Position numbers and translations under genes: made by a program. The notes beneath the pieces were generated by a model. The model saw nothing but the letters and a program-made list of their open reading frames with translations, did no database searches and was not told the origin of the DNA. 64,000 nt of DNA from Eubacteriales bacterium (GTDB lineage Bacteria; Bacillota; Clostridia; Oscillospirales; CAG-272), in contig JAZNBK010000053.1 of NCBI GenBank assembly GCA_045587025.1, positions 19,136-83,135 of the forward strand. Direction: 5' to 3'. This document shows positions 38,119 through 47,971 of the stretch, piece by piece. Position 1 is the stretch's first letter. Each line of letters opens with the position of its first letter.

Positions 38119-39264
38119 ATGAAAAAGGTTTTAGTCGCAATAGATTCTTTTAAAGGAAGCTTGTCCACCTTCCAGGCAAACGGCGCAATTTCGGATGCGG
38201 CAAAAAGAGTTTTCTCTGACGTCGAGGTGATAAGCTGTCCTTTGGCAGATGGGGGCGAGGGAACGGTAGACGCAATTGTTTCCGCCTGCGGCGGTGAGAT
38301 ACACACTATATCAGTCACAGGACCTCTCGGAGAAAAGGTAAATGCAAAATACGGAGTTATCCCGAAAACAAAAACCGCTATAATCGAAATGGCGGAGGCG
38401 GCGGGAATAACCCTGATTTCTCCCGAAAAAAGAAATCCTATGCTCACTACAACCTTTGGTGTCGGTGAGCTTATAAAAGACGCTATCGAAAAGGGCTACC
38501 GCAGCTTTATCGTCGCCATAGGCGGAAGCGCCACGAACGACGGCGGTATAGGTATGCTTCAGGCGCTCGGCTTTTCTTTTTTGGACAAGGCGGGGAATGA
38601 GGTTGCGTTTGGCGCAGAGGGGCTTTCGCAAATAGATAAAATTATTACAGACAATGCGCTCCCCGAGCTTCGAAACTGTAATTTCTGCGTGGCGTGCGAC
38701 GTAAAAAATCCTCTCTGCGGTCCGAACGGTTGCTCGTATATATTCGCTCCCCAAAAGGGTGGCACTCCGCAGATGATAGAGAAAATGGACAAGGATATGA
38801 AGCACTTCGCCGACCTTAGCAAGACGGTATGCAAAAACGCGGACGAAACCGCTGCGGGCAGTGGCGCGGCAGGCGGGCTCGGCTTTGCCCTGCTCTCCTA
38901 TCTGGACGCAAAAATGCAGTCGGGAATTTCTCTTGTCATAGAGCAGACAAATATAGAGGAAAAAATAAAGAACGTCGACCTCGTCGTAACGGGAGAGGGA
39001 CGGCTCGACCATCAGAGCGCAATGGGAAAAGCTCCTATAGGAATTGCTTCCCTTGCGAAAAAGTACGGCAAAAAGGTCATCGCCTTTGCAGGATGTGTTA
39101 CCGATAATGCAGTTGTTTGTAACGAGTGTGACATAGACGCATTCTTCCCGATATTGAGAACACCCTGCTCGCTCGCAGAGGCCATGGACACGGATAACGC
39201 AATAAAAAACATGACTGCGACCGCAGAGCAGGTCTTTCTGCTTATTAAAACGATAGAAAAATAA
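38119..39264 (+). CDS. glxK: glycerate kinase
   Basis: 381 aa from ATG 38119 (GGGAGAAG RBS). MKKVLVAIDSFKGSLS N-terminus, ADGGEGT, and the C-terminal TGEGRLDHQS motif. Confidence 0.9.
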   Translation: MKKVLVAIDSFKGSLSTFQANGAISDAAKRVFSDVEVISCPLADGGEGTVDAIVSACGGEIHTISVTGPLGEKVNAKYGVIPKTKTAIIEMAEAAGITLISPEKRNPMLTTTFGVGELIKDAIEKGYRSFIVAIGGSATNDGGIGMLQALGFSFLDKAGNEVAFGAEGLSQIDKIITDNALPELRNCNFCVACDVKNPLCGPNGCSYIFAPQKGGTPQMIEKMDKDMKHFADLSKTVCKNADETAAGSGAAGGLGFALLSYLDAKMQSGISLVIEQTNIEEKIKNVDLVVTGEGRLDHQSAMGKAPIGIASLAKKYGKKVIAFAGCVTDNAVVCNECDIDAFFPILRTPCSLAEAMDTDNAIKNMTATAEQVFLLIKTIEK

Positions 39265-39360
39265 CTGCCTGTTTATCCTTAAAAAATATTGACTTTTTCC
39301 TTTTTATTGTGATATAATATCCGCAGATAAAATAATTTATGCTGTATGAGAGGTACAAAA

Positions 39361-39996
39361 ATGAACAAGAGGATAAACTCAAGGATTTTACAAATGGTGC
39401 AGCTTGCGGTTCTTACTGCGCTCGTTATCTTGCTTCAAGCACTCGGCTCGATAATTAAAATAGGACCTCTTCCCCTTTCGCTCGTGCTTGTGCCTATCGT
39501 AATGGGCGCCTGCCTGTTAGGACCTAAATCGGGCGCGTTTCTGGGCTTTGTTTTCGGTCTCATCACTATGATTGCGGGAATATCGGGTGTCGACGCATTT
39601 TCAAACCTTCTTTGGCTCGCAAACCCCGTATGGTTTGTAATCCTTTGTTTACTAAAAGCTACTATGGCGGGCTTTGGCTCCGGTTTGATTTACAAGGCGC
39701 TTGAAAAGCCCCTTCACCAAAAATCGAAGCTGGCTCAAACCGTAATCGCTTCTGTTTCCGCTCCTATAATCAACACCGGAATTTTCGCTGTCGGTATGCT
39801 TTTGTTCTTCTTTGATACAATGAGCGAATTGCCTTCTATGTCCCCCGACGCATTCGGTGTCTACGAAAACGCATTTCAGCTCCTGTTCTTAGGTCTTGCG
39901 GGTATTAACTTTATCGGCGAGTTTATAGTAAACCTCGTTCTTTCTCCGCTGATTGTAAGAGTTCTTGACGTGGTAAAGAAAAGATTTGATATATAA
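39361..39996 (+). CDS. ECF transporter S component-like membrane protein (substrate unknown)
   Basis: About 211 aa from ATG 39361 (GAGAGG RBS). 5-6 TM helices with an S-component-like N-terminus (LAVLTALVILLQALG...). TTGACT/TATAAT promoter upstream. I see no riboswitch. Confidence 0.6.
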   Translation: MNKRINSRILQMVQLAVLTALVILLQALGSIIKIGPLPLSLVLVPIVMGACLLGPKSGAFLGFVFGLITMIAGISGVDAFSNLLWLANPVWFVILCLLKATMAGFGSGLIYKALEKPLHQKSKLAQTVIASVSAPIINTGIFAVGMLLFFFDTMSELPSMSPDAFGVYENAFQLLFLGLAGINFIGEFIVNLVLSPLIVRVLDVVKKRFDI

Positions 39997-40079
39997 TTCA
40001 ATCTCAAATTACAAAACAAAATGCCTATCCCGTTGGGACAACCAACCTGATAGGCGTTTTTTGTAAATTTTTATTTACA

Positions 40080-40277
40080 TTATTTTTTTAATTTTTCTCG
40101 GCTTCCGTCAGGACGTACTATTACGGTATTATCAAGTGTCGCGCCAAAGGAAAGGCGGATTTCCGCTATATATTCCTGTCTCAGCGCCTGTTGCTCCGCC
40201 TTCTCCTCGGGGGAAAGCTCTTCTACCTTGGCCTTTCTCGCCAACTCGTTTATTCTGTCTATCTTTTTCTTTTCCAA
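40080..40277 (-). CDS. DUF896 (UPF0291/YnzC-like) protein
   Basis: 65 aa. IDRINELARKAK...LSPEEKAEQQALRQEYI pattern. Confidence 0.8.
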   Translation of the reverse strand: MEKKKIDRINELARKAKVEELSPEEKAEQQALRQEYIAEIRLSFGATLDNTVIVRPDGSREKLKK

Positions 40278-40417
40278 AATTATATCCCCTTATCAACAAC
40301 CTTAGTATATCTACTTTATCACAAAAAAAGCTCCCTGTCAAGAAATTTTATATGCGTATTGATTTTATAACAAGAAAATGCTATAATTATAATAGGAAAA
40401 TAAAAAGGAGGGCTACT

Positions 40418-40618
40418 ATGGTAAACGAAGCAAAAAAGAAACCGCAAAAGAATTGTGAAAGCTGTATTCACTACGTATACGACGAAATCTTCTTTTGCTA
40501 CACCTGCGACCAGCATTTAGATCAGGATGAAATGCTTTCATATTCATTAAATCCCATAAGAACCTGCCCCTTTTACCAATTTAACGACGAGCATATAAAC
40601 GTGCGCAAGCAAATCTAA
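40418..40618 (+). CDS. small Cys-rich hypothetical protein
   Basis: 66 aa from ATG 40418 with a GGAGGG RBS. CESC...CYTC...C pattern suggests a zinc ribbon. The longer track ORF from 40136 runs antisense to the DUF896 gene and is not supported. Confidence 0.5.
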   Translation: MVNEAKKKPQKNCESCIHYVYDEIFFCYTCDQHLDQDEMLSYSLNPIRTCPFYQFNDEHINVRKQI

Positions 40619-40645
40619 GGTGAAATTTAAATATTTTTTCTATCG

Positions 40646-40679
40646 AACGAGCCGATTTTTTGTCGGCTCGTTTCTTTTT
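40646..40679 (+). terminator. intrinsic terminator
   Basis: 10-bp stem AACGAGCCGA / TCGGCTCGTT followed by a T-rich tail. Confidence 0.8.
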
Positions 40680-40747
40680 GACGAAATTCGCGTTATATAC
40701 TTAATTTCAACTGAATATAAATATTAAAAAACGAAAGGGGCTAAAAA

Positions 40748-41029
40748 ATGGATAAGCTTTATTCAAGTGCGGAAAAAAACAAGGAATTATCCGAGACCGA
40801 AATCGAAAAGAACGGAGTTTTTTCACTTCTGCTCTCACTCGCCCTTATCTGCTCTTCCTTCTTTGTTTTTAATCTTTCAATTCGACTTAACGGAGAAGAA
40901 AGGGCGGGCGGCGTAATCAAGGAAGCAATTCTTGCAGCGAGCGAAAAGTTAGAGGAAAACGAAGCTATCGCCGTCTTTTTAGGACTTGACGACTACCCCG
41001 CAGGATATGACGAAAAAGAAATCTATTGA
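40748..41029 (+). CDS. hypothetical small membrane protein
   Basis: 93 aa with an AAGGGG RBS. One TM helix (VFSLLLSLALICSSFFVF). Overlaps the start of the downstream M50 gene. Confidence 0.4.
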   Translation: MDKLYSSAEKNKELSETEIEKNGVFSLLLSLALICSSFFVFNLSIRLNGEERAGGVIKEAILAASEKLEENEAIAVFLGLDDYPAGYDEKEIY

Positions 41030-41603
41030 TTTTTTATTCCCTCTGCTCCCCCCTCTCGCCTGGCTCCTTACTCTGCTGATTTTCGAGCCGCTTTCGGTAA
41101 CCCTCGCGCTCCTTTCCGCAATGCTCGCGCACGAGGGAGGGCATCTTTTTGCGTTTTTCATAACTCGGTCGGGCGCGCCCCGCCTTGTAGGCGAGCCCTG
41201 CGGCTTTGTCCTTATGCCAAAAAGACCTCTTTCCTACCTTTCCGAAGTTATAGTCGCTCTTTTCGGTCCGCTTATTAACCTTTTACTTGCGCTAACGGTA
41301 ATTCTGACGTCCCGTCCTATGCCAAACGGCACTGAATATCTCTTCTTTTTCTTGAATTTGGCGAGCGCGTTATATAATCTGCTCCCCATCTCCTTTTTAG
41401 ACGGCGGAAGAATTATTTTTTCTCTCTGCGCTATGATTTTCCCTCTCCCGATAGCAGAAAAAATCATCTCGCTTCTCTCTGTTTTATTCCTATCGGCGCT
41501 CCTCTTTTTTTCTCTTTTTCTTATAATGCGCTACGATAGCGGCTACGGAATTTTTATCAGCGTCGTTCTCCTTATCACTCTCTCTGCCAAAAAGCAAACA
41601 TAA
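41007..41603 (+). CDS. M50 family (site-2 protease) metallopeptidase
   Basis: HExxH in a TM helix (LAHEGGHLFAF) and a second motif NLLPISFLDGGRI. Multi-TM. The start is uncertain (ATG 41007 or 40986). Confidence 0.7.
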   Translation: MTKKKSIDFLFPLLPPLAWLLTLLIFEPLSVTLALLSAMLAHEGGHLFAFFITRSGAPRLVGEPCGFVLMPKRPLSYLSEVIVALFGPLINLLLALTVILTSRPMPNGTEYLFFFLNLASALYNLLPISFLDGGRIIFSLCAMIFPLPIAEKIISLLSVLFLSALLFFSLFLIMRYDSGYGIFISVVLLITLSAKKQT

Positions 41604-41806
41604 GTGAGATTTCAAGAGAAAAAGGAAGTTAAATAGAGTTTTTGGGTAGAAAATCGCGTTTTCTTAGGGCTAATTCCGATTATTTCGTCTTTTTTGTGAT
41701 TTTTTTCAACTTTTTTTGCAATATGTATTGCATTTTCATATGATATTTGCTATAATGCTCTCGATTTGGATTTTAATTTTTTGAAAGGAGCATTTTGCTG
41801 GTATAA

Positions 41807-42931
41807 ATGGAAAAAATTATCGAGTTAAAAGGAATTTCAAAAGAATTTGACGGAGAACAGGTGTTAAATTCTATTAATCTATATATAAGGGATAACGAGT
41901 TCGTTACTCTGCTTGGCCCATCCGGATGCGGAAAAACCACTACCCTCAGAATAATCGGCGGCTTTGAAACGCCTGACGAGGGGGCGGTTTTCTTTGACGG
42001 CAAGGATATAACCTCTCTGCCTCCCTACAAGAGACAGGTAAATACCGTCTTTCAAAAGTACGCATTATTCCCTCATCTCAACGTTTTTGACAACGTTGCG
42101 TTTGCGTTGCGTCTTAAAAAAGTACCGGAGCAGGAGGTAGCCCGCAGAGTTAAGGAGCTGCTCGAGCTTGTCGCCCTCAAGGGCTTCGAGCGCAGAAACG
42201 TAAATCTGCTGTCGGGCGGTCAGCAGCAGCGAGTTGCCATTGCAAGAGCGCTTATCAGCAATCCTCGTGTTCTTTTGCTCGACGAGCCGCTCGGTGCGCT
42301 TGACTTAAAGCTACGCAAGGATATGCAGAACGAATTGAAAAAAATACAGAAGCAGACGGGAATTGCCTTCATTTACGTAACGCACGACCAGGAGGAAGCT
42401 CTTTCTATGTCTGATACCGTCGTCGTTATGGCAGACGGAGTTATACAGCAGATAGGTACGCCTACAGACATATACAACGAGCCGAAAAATGCCTTTGTCG
42501 CAGATTTTATTGGTGAAAGTAATATAGTCGACGGAATTATGAGAGAGGACTTCAAGGTTTCATTCTCCCATCACACCTTTGAATGTGTTGACAGCGGCTT
42601 TGAAAAGAACGAGCAGGTAGACGTAGTCGTTCGCCCCGAGGACGTCGACGTCGTTCCCGTCAGCCGTGGTATGCTCAAGGGAAACGTCACCTCGGTCACC
42701 TTCAAGGGTGTGCATTATGAAATTATAGTCGACATTGACGGCTTTAAGTGGATGATACAGTCCACCGATTACGTAGAGGTAGGCGCAAATATAGGTCTCT
42801 ATATCGAGCCGGACGCTATACATATTATGAAGAAATCGGAATATTCAGGTCAGTTCGGAGATTACAGCTCGTTCAGCGATGAGCTCGAGGAGCTATCCAA
42901 TCCCGAGGTGGAGGAAGAAGATGAACGGTAA
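41807..42931 (+). CDS. potA: spermidine/putrescine ABC transporter ATP-binding protein
   Basis: 374 aa. Walker [18 protein letters not shown], Walker [13 protein letters not shown]-terminal TOBE-like domain, and an acidic tail EVEEEDER. Confidence 0.9.
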   Translation: MEKIIELKGISKEFDGEQVLNSINLYIRDNEFVTLLGPSGCGKTTTLRIIGGFETPDEGAVFFDGKDITSLPPYKRQVNTVFQKYALFPHLNVFDNVAFALRLKKVPEQEVARRVKELLELVALKGFERRNVNLLSGGQQQRVAIARALISNPRVLLLDEPLGALDLKLRKDMQNELKKIQKQTGIAFIYVTHDQEEALSMSDTVVVMADGVIQQIGTPTDIYNEPKNAFVADFIGESNIVDGIMREDFKVSFSHHTFECVDSGFEKNEQVDVVVRPEDVDVVPVSRGMLKGNVTSVTFKGVHYEIIVDIDGFKWMIQSTDYVEVGANIGLYIEPDAIHIMKKSEYSGQFGDYSSFSDELEELSNPEVEEEDER

Positions 42932-43751
42932 AAGATCCTTTCTTCAAACCGTCGCTGCATATCCGCATATCGTATGGAGCGTTTTGTTCATTATCGCCCC
43001 TTTGCTTTTCGTAATTTACTATACCTTTACGGATAGCGAAGGACAATTTACAATTCAGAATATTGTAAATCTTGCGGATCCCAACTATCTTTCTATTTTC
43101 GCCCGCTCGATATGCTTCGCCATAGTTGCGACGTTTATATGTCTTTTAATTGCCTATCCTCTCGCTTATTTCATTTCCCGTATGAGCGCGGGCAGACAGC
43201 GCATTTTGCTCCTTTTGGTGATGCTCCCTATGTGGATGAACCTGCTTATCCGCACTTATTCCTGGATGAATATTCTTGAAAATAACGGATTAATAAATAC
43301 GCTGCTCTCCAAAATCGGCGTAGGTCCTTTTCAGATGCTCGGAAACAGCGGAGCCGTCGTGCTCGGTATGGTTTACAATTTCCTGCCCTATATGGTTCTT
43401 CCTATCTGTACCGTAATGAGTAAAATTGATATCCGCCTTATAGAAGCGGCGGGGGACCTCGGATGCAACTCCTTCTATACTATGACGAAGGTAATTATGC
43501 CTCTCAGCGTTTCGGGAATTATATCCGGAATTACCATGGTTTTCGTTCCCTCGGTCAGTACCTTCTATATTTCGCAGAAAATGGGCGGCGGAAACTTCGA
43601 CCTCATAGGCGATACGATAGAGCGCCAATTTATGCTCAACTATAACTATAATATGGGCGCTTCCCTTTCGTTCGTGCTTATGATACTTATCTTCATCAGT
43701 CTCGCCGTTATGAATAAATTCGGCGACGAGGAAGGAGGCATCGTAGTATGA
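42921..43751 (+). CDS. potB: spermidine/putrescine ABC transporter permease
   Basis: ATG 42921 overlaps the potA end. 6 TM helices. EAA loop [21 protein letters not shown]. Confidence 0.88.
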   Translation: MNGKRSFLQTVAAYPHIVWSVLFIIAPLLFVIYYTFTDSEGQFTIQNIVNLADPNYLSIFARSICFAIVATFICLLIAYPLAYFISRMSAGRQRILLLLVMLPMWMNLLIRTYSWMNILENNGLINTLLSKIGVGPFQMLGNSGAVVLGMVYNFLPYMVLPICTVMSKIDIRLIEAAGDLGCNSFYTMTKVIMPLSVSGIISGITMVFVPSVSTFYISQKMGGGNFDLIGDTIERQFMLNYNYNMGASLSFVLMILIFISLAVMNKFGDEEGGIVV

Positions 43752-44593
43752 AATCGTTATCAAAGCTTTACACAGCGCTCATTATGCTCTTTTTGTACGC
43801 GCCTATCGTAGTAATGATAGTTTTCTCCTTCAACTCCTCGAACAGCTTGGCGGTTATGGAGGGATTCTCACTCGCTTGGTATAAGGAGCTTTTCCGCAGC
43901 GAAGAGGTTCTTAACGCCCTGTATAACACCCTTATTCTTGCGGTTACCTCAGCCGCCGTCTCTACCGTTATCGGCACTGCGGCTGCTGTGGGAATTGACA
44001 AAATGAAAAGCAAAAGGACGAAGGGCTTGATTTTAGGCGTTTCCGACATCCCTATGATGAACCCTGATATAGTTACGGGTATTTCGATGGCGTTGCTCTT
44101 TACCTTCGCCATGACTATGCTCGGTAAAGAGAGTATTCTCGGCTTCTGGACGGTTCTTATAGCGCACATCACCTTTAATATTCCCTACGTTCTTCTTTCG
44201 GTGCTTCCGAAAATTCGTCAGATGGACAAGCATCTGCCCGAGGCGGCGATGGACCTTGGCTGTACGAAGCTGCAGTCCTTCTTTAAGGTAGAGCTTCCGA
44301 GCATTATGCCGGGTATCTTCAGCGGATTTATTATGGCGTTCACGCTTTCGCTTGACGACTTTATTATAAGCTACTTCACGGCGGAGGAATTTCAAACCCT
44401 GCCGATAGTAATTTACGGTATGACGAAGCGTACCGTTACACCTGATATGTATGCGCTTTCCACTCTGATTTTCGGTACCGTATTAGTTCTTTTGATAATT
44501 TCAAACGTAACTCAGGCGCGCTCCGAAAAGCACAAGACGAGGGACAATAAGCGCCGTCGCAGAGTAATAAAGGCAAAGGGGGAAATGGTATGA
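43748..44593 (+). CDS. potC: spermidine/putrescine ABC transporter permease
   Basis: 281 aa with a 4-nt overlap with potB. EAA loop EAAMDLGCTKLQSFFKVELP. Unusually basic C-terminal tail (KHKTRDNKRRRRVIKAKG). Confidence 0.88.
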   Translation: MKSLSKLYTALIMLFLYAPIVVMIVFSFNSSNSLAVMEGFSLAWYKELFRSEEVLNALYNTLILAVTSAAVSTVIGTAAAVGIDKMKSKRTKGLILGVSDIPMMNPDIVTGISMALLFTFAMTMLGKESILGFWTVLIAHITFNIPYVLLSVLPKIRQMDKHLPEAAMDLGCTKLQSFFKVELPSIMPGIFSGFIMAFTLSLDDFIISYFTAEEFQTLPIVIYGMTKRTVTPDMYALSTLIFGTVLVLLIISNVTQARSEKHKTRDNKRRRRVIKAKGEMV

Positions 44594-45831
44594 AAAAAAT
44601 TATAGTTTTTCTTCTTTTGATTACGCTTTTACTTTCCAGCGTCTTGCTTTTTTCTTCATGCGGAAGCAAGGTGAGAAAGTTCTATATTTACAACTGGGGA
44701 GAATACATGCCTCTCGGTGAAGAGGGTGGCGTACACATTCCAAAAGAATTTGAAGCGTATTATAACGCTACTCACGAGGATAAAATAAAGGTAGTTTACT
44801 CAATATTCTCGAGCAATGAGGATATGTATGCTAAAATGAAAAACGGCACGAGCAAAATTGACCTTGTAATCCCCTCCGACTATATGGTGGCGCGACTTAT
44901 AAATGAAAATTTGCTCCAGAAGCTCGATTTTGAAAACATTCCCAATTTTTCGTATATCGACGCGCAATTCAAAAACACCGAAGGACAGGGCGACGGCCCC
45001 TACTACGATCCGTTTTGCGAATACAGCGTGCCGTACACCTACGGTACTGTCGGTCTTATCTATAATTCAACTATGGTAGACGAAGAGGACGTAGATACCT
45101 GGAGAGTTCTTTGGAACGAGAAATATACGGGTATGATACTGAACTTCAATAACAGCCGCGACGCCTTCGGTATCGCTCAATACATTTTGAGCGCCGAAAC
45201 CGGACATACCGCAAGCGACGACAACTATGTAAACACGTCTGACAAATCCCGTTGGGACGAGGCGCTTCTGCTTTTGCAGGAGCAACGCCCCTTTATGCAG
45301 GCATACGTAATGGACGAGGTTTATAACAAGATGGAGAGCGGCGCCGCAGCCCTCGCCCCCTATTACGCAGGCGACTTCTACACTATGCAGGAGGTAAACG
45401 AGGACTTGGCTTTCGCCTACCCGAAGGAAGGAACTAACATTTTCGTCGACGCCCTGTGCGTTCCCGCTTCCTCGAAGAACAAGGATATTGCCGAAGAATT
45501 TATCAATTTCATTTTGGAGCCGGAGTGGGCTTTGGAGATTGCGGAATATATCTGCTATGCCTGCCCAAATACCGCCGTTTCCGAGAACGAGGACTATAGC
45601 TTTATCGGCGACGAAATCCTCTACCCCGATACGAGCTCAATGCCATTCTACTATTTTGAAAACCTCGATAACGATACGCTTCAATACTCAAACTCCCTTT
45701 GGGAAAAGCTCAAGGTAGAAAGCTCGTCGGGCATCGGAATTTACGTTTTTGCGGGAGCTATCGTGCTCGGTTGTATCGTTTTTGCGTTAGTTTTGGCGAT
45801 AAGAAAAAGAAATCTCAGGAAATATTACTAA
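44590..45831 (+). CDS. potD: spermidine/putrescine ABC transporter substrate-binding lipoprotein
   Basis: 413 aa with a 4-nt overlap with potC. Lipobox LFSSCG. PotD-type SBP core. Has an additional C-terminal hydrophobic helix (see findings). Confidence 0.85.
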   Translation: MKKIIVFLLLITLLLSSVLLFSSCGSKVRKFYIYNWGEYMPLGEEGGVHIPKEFEAYYNATHEDKIKVVYSIFSSNEDMYAKMKNGTSKIDLVIPSDYMVARLINENLLQKLDFENIPNFSYIDAQFKNTEGQGDGPYYDPFCEYSVPYTYGTVGLIYNSTMVDEEDVDTWRVLWNEKYTGMILNFNNSRDAFGIAQYILSAETGHTASDDNYVNTSDKSRWDEALLLLQEQRPFMQAYVMDEVYNKMESGAAALAPYYAGDFYTMQEVNEDLAFAYPKEGTNIFVDALCVPASSKNKDIAEEFINFILEPEWALEIAEYICYACPNTAVSENEDYSFIGDEILYPDTSSMPFYYFENLDNDTLQYSNSLWEKLKVESSSGIGIYVFAGAIVLGCIVFALVLAIRKRNLRKYY

Positions 45832-45837
45832 AAACTC

Positions 45838-45866
45838 TTGACAACTCAAATCTTTTAATGTATAAT
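45838..45866 (+). promoter_or_regulatory. sigma-A promoter of the rpmH operon
   Basis: TTGACA (45838-45843), 17 nt, TATAAT (45861-45866). Confidence 0.7.
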
Positions 45867-45951
45867 ATTTAGTGCGTTTATACGGGACGCGTACGTTAAC
45901 TTTAGTATAATCAAAACATATACTTTCAAACTTTAAGAAGGAGGTGCCACA

Positions 45952-46086
45952 ATGAAACGCACATATCAGCCAAAGAAGAGACAAAGAAAAGTAGAGCATG
46001 GCTTCAGAAAAAGAATGGCAACCGCTAACGGCAGAAAAGTTCTAAAGAGAAGACGCGCAAAGGGTAGAGCTCAGCTCACCTATTGA
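45952..46086 (+). CDS. rpmH: 50S ribosomal protein L34
   Basis: Not in the ORF track (44 aa). AAGGAGG RBS. Translation [44 protein letters not shown]. Confidence 0.95.
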   Translation: MKRTYQPKKRQRKVEHGFRKRMATANGRKVLKRRRAKGRAQLTY

Positions 46087-46178
46087 TTGTCACATAAGTG
46101 ACCTTACAAAACTCCGATATCTCACTTTTGTGCCGTATCGGGGTTTTTGCTTTATCGCAACAAAATGGCAGGTGTATT

Positions 46179-46559
46179 ATGAAATTCAAAGCAATCTGCG
46201 AAAACCACTTGTATACGAAGGCCTATACTAAAGGAAAACGGGCGGTAATGAGCGCGATAGCCGTTCATATTCTTCCCGACTATGCATCGGAGAGGTTGAA
46301 GAAAGAGCATCCTCTCAAAATCCGTGTGAACCGTATCGGACTGACAGTTTCTAAAAAATTGGGTAATGCCGTTATTCGCAACCGTACAAAGCGTATTATT
46401 CGTGAGGGCTACCGCGCTGTCGTAACCGAAAACAAACTGAAAACCGGCTTTCTTATCGTTATTGTAGCGAGAGAAAAGGCCGTCGGTATGAAATCGCAAG
46501 AAATTGCCAAGGAGATTTATACCGCATTTAAAAAGCTGAATATGCTTGAAAGTCACTGA
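46179..46559 (+). CDS. rnpA: ribonuclease P protein component
   Basis: 126 aa from ATG 46179. RNR motif region [18 protein letters not shown]. Follows rpmH. Confidence 0.9.
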   Translation: MKFKAICENHLYTKAYTKGKRAVMSAIAVHILPDYASERLKKEHPLKIRVNRIGLTVSKKLGNAVIRNRTKRIIREGYRAVVTENKLKTGFLIVIVAREKAVGMKSQEIAKEIYTAFKKLNMLESH

Positions 46560-46560
46560 T

Positions 46561-46818
46561 ATGAAGTATATTTGCATCGCGCTTATAAAGGCGTACAGAA
46601 AATTCATCTCACCCATAAAACCGTCCTGCTGCAGGTTCACTCCTACCTGCTCCTGCTATGCCCTCGAGGCATTTAGTAAACGTGGCTTTTTTATAGGATT
46701 TGCTCTCACGGTTTGGCGCATTTTGCGCTGCAACCCCTTTTGTCGAGGCGGTTATGACCCCGTACCCGAGAAAAAATCCCGCAAATCTGACAGGAACATG
46801 GCTGAAGATGATAAATAA
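46561..46818 (+). CDS. yidD: membrane protein insertion efficiency factor
   Basis: [27 protein letters not shown]...[13 protein letters not shown] is a classic YidD sequence. Confidence 0.9.
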   Translation: MKYICIALIKAYRKFISPIKPSCCRFTPTCSCYALEAFSKRGFFIGFALTVWRILRCNPFCRGGYDPVPEKKSRKSDRNMAEDDK

Positions 46819-46838
46819 AGAGAGATTGGAATAAAAAA

Positions 46839-47954
46839 ATGAAAAACATTTTCGACATCATCAATATCCCTTTTGGATATTTTATGCGTTTTTGCTATTC
46901 CATTACAGGGAATTATGCTATTGCGCTTTTGCTTTTCGCATTGGCAGTAAAAATTCTTTTCCTTCCCTTTGGAATCAAGCAACAGAAAAATCAAATTCAA
47001 AGTGCGAAGCTTCGCCCCAAAATGATGGCTATTGAGAAAAAGTACGCGGGACGAAACGACAAGGCAACCTTAAATAAAAAGCAACAGGAAATTATGGAAT
47101 TGCAGCAAAGAGAGGGCTATTCTCCGCTTGCCGGCTGTCTTCCTATGCTCATTCAGCTTCCCGTAATTTTGGCGCTCTACAATATCATTCGCAAGCCGTT
47201 AACCTATATCTGCCGCTTCTCGTCAGACCTTATAAAAACGCTTGCCGCAAAGGTAAACGAGCTCTCCCCTGAAGCAATCAAGGACGTTGCAAACGAAGAA
47301 ATCAAGCTTATTTCCAAGATGAAGGAGCTTGGCTTTTCAAATTTCGAAGCAATTGACGGTTTCAACGCAAATTTAATTCCTCACTTTGAAATGTTCCGCG
47401 GCTTCGACCTTGCGATTAACCCCACTATTACAAGTATTCTTGTAATCATTCCTATCTTGGTTTTTGCTACTCAGTTCTTCACAATGAAGCTGTCGCGAAA
47501 ATTAAATCCCATGGCGCAGATGACCACAGGCGCGGATGAGAACGTCAAGATGTCTAACGCTATTATGGACTTCTCTATGCCGCTTATGACCTTGTTTTTT
47601 GCATTCAATATGTCGGCAGCAATAGGTCTTTACTGGATTTATCAGTCGCTTATCAGTATGCTCCAGACGGTGCTTTTGGCTAAGTTTATGCCTCTTCCCG
47701 TTTATACCGAGGAGGATTTGCGTAAAGCCGAAAAGGAAATGAAGGTAAAGCCGCAGAAGTCCTCTGACAGACCTAAGGTCCGTTCGCTTCACCACATCGA
47801 CGACGATGACGACGACATTGCGTCTGCGCCCAAATCCCCTACGCAAGCTAAGTCAAAAAGCGGCAAGACCGCATCTATGATTGAAAAAGCTCCCGTCAAG
47901 GAAGACAAAAAGGACGACGAACAAAACGAAAATAACAACGTAGACGTTGAATAA
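46839..47954 (+). CDS. yidC: YidC/Oxa1 family membrane protein insertase
   Basis: 371 aa. Core 5-TM insertase (PLAGCLPMLIQLPVILALY) and a long charged C-terminal tail. Confidence 0.9.
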   Translation: MKNIFDIINIPFGYFMRFCYSITGNYAIALLLFALAVKILFLPFGIKQQKNQIQSAKLRPKMMAIEKKYAGRNDKATLNKKQQEIMELQQREGYSPLAGCLPMLIQLPVILALYNIIRKPLTYICRFSSDLIKTLAAKVNELSPEAIKDVANEEIKLISKMKELGFSNFEAIDGFNANLIPHFEMFRGFDLAINPTITSILVIIPILVFATQFFTMKLSRKLNPMAQMTTGADENVKMSNAIMDFSMPLMTLFFAFNMSAAIGLYWIYQSLISMLQTVLLAKFMPLPVYTEEDLRKAEKEMKVKPQKSSDRPKVRSLHHIDDDDDDIASAPKSPTQAKSKSGKTASMIEKAPVKEDKKDDEQNENNNVDVE

Positions 47955-47971
47955 AAATTGAGGATATAAAT

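Noticed and set aside
45832-45951. oriC / DnaA-box cluster upstream of rpmH
   Set aside because: I found no TTATCCACA or close variants on either strand in this spacer, and no dnaA gene in the window. Only a plain sigma-A promoter is present.
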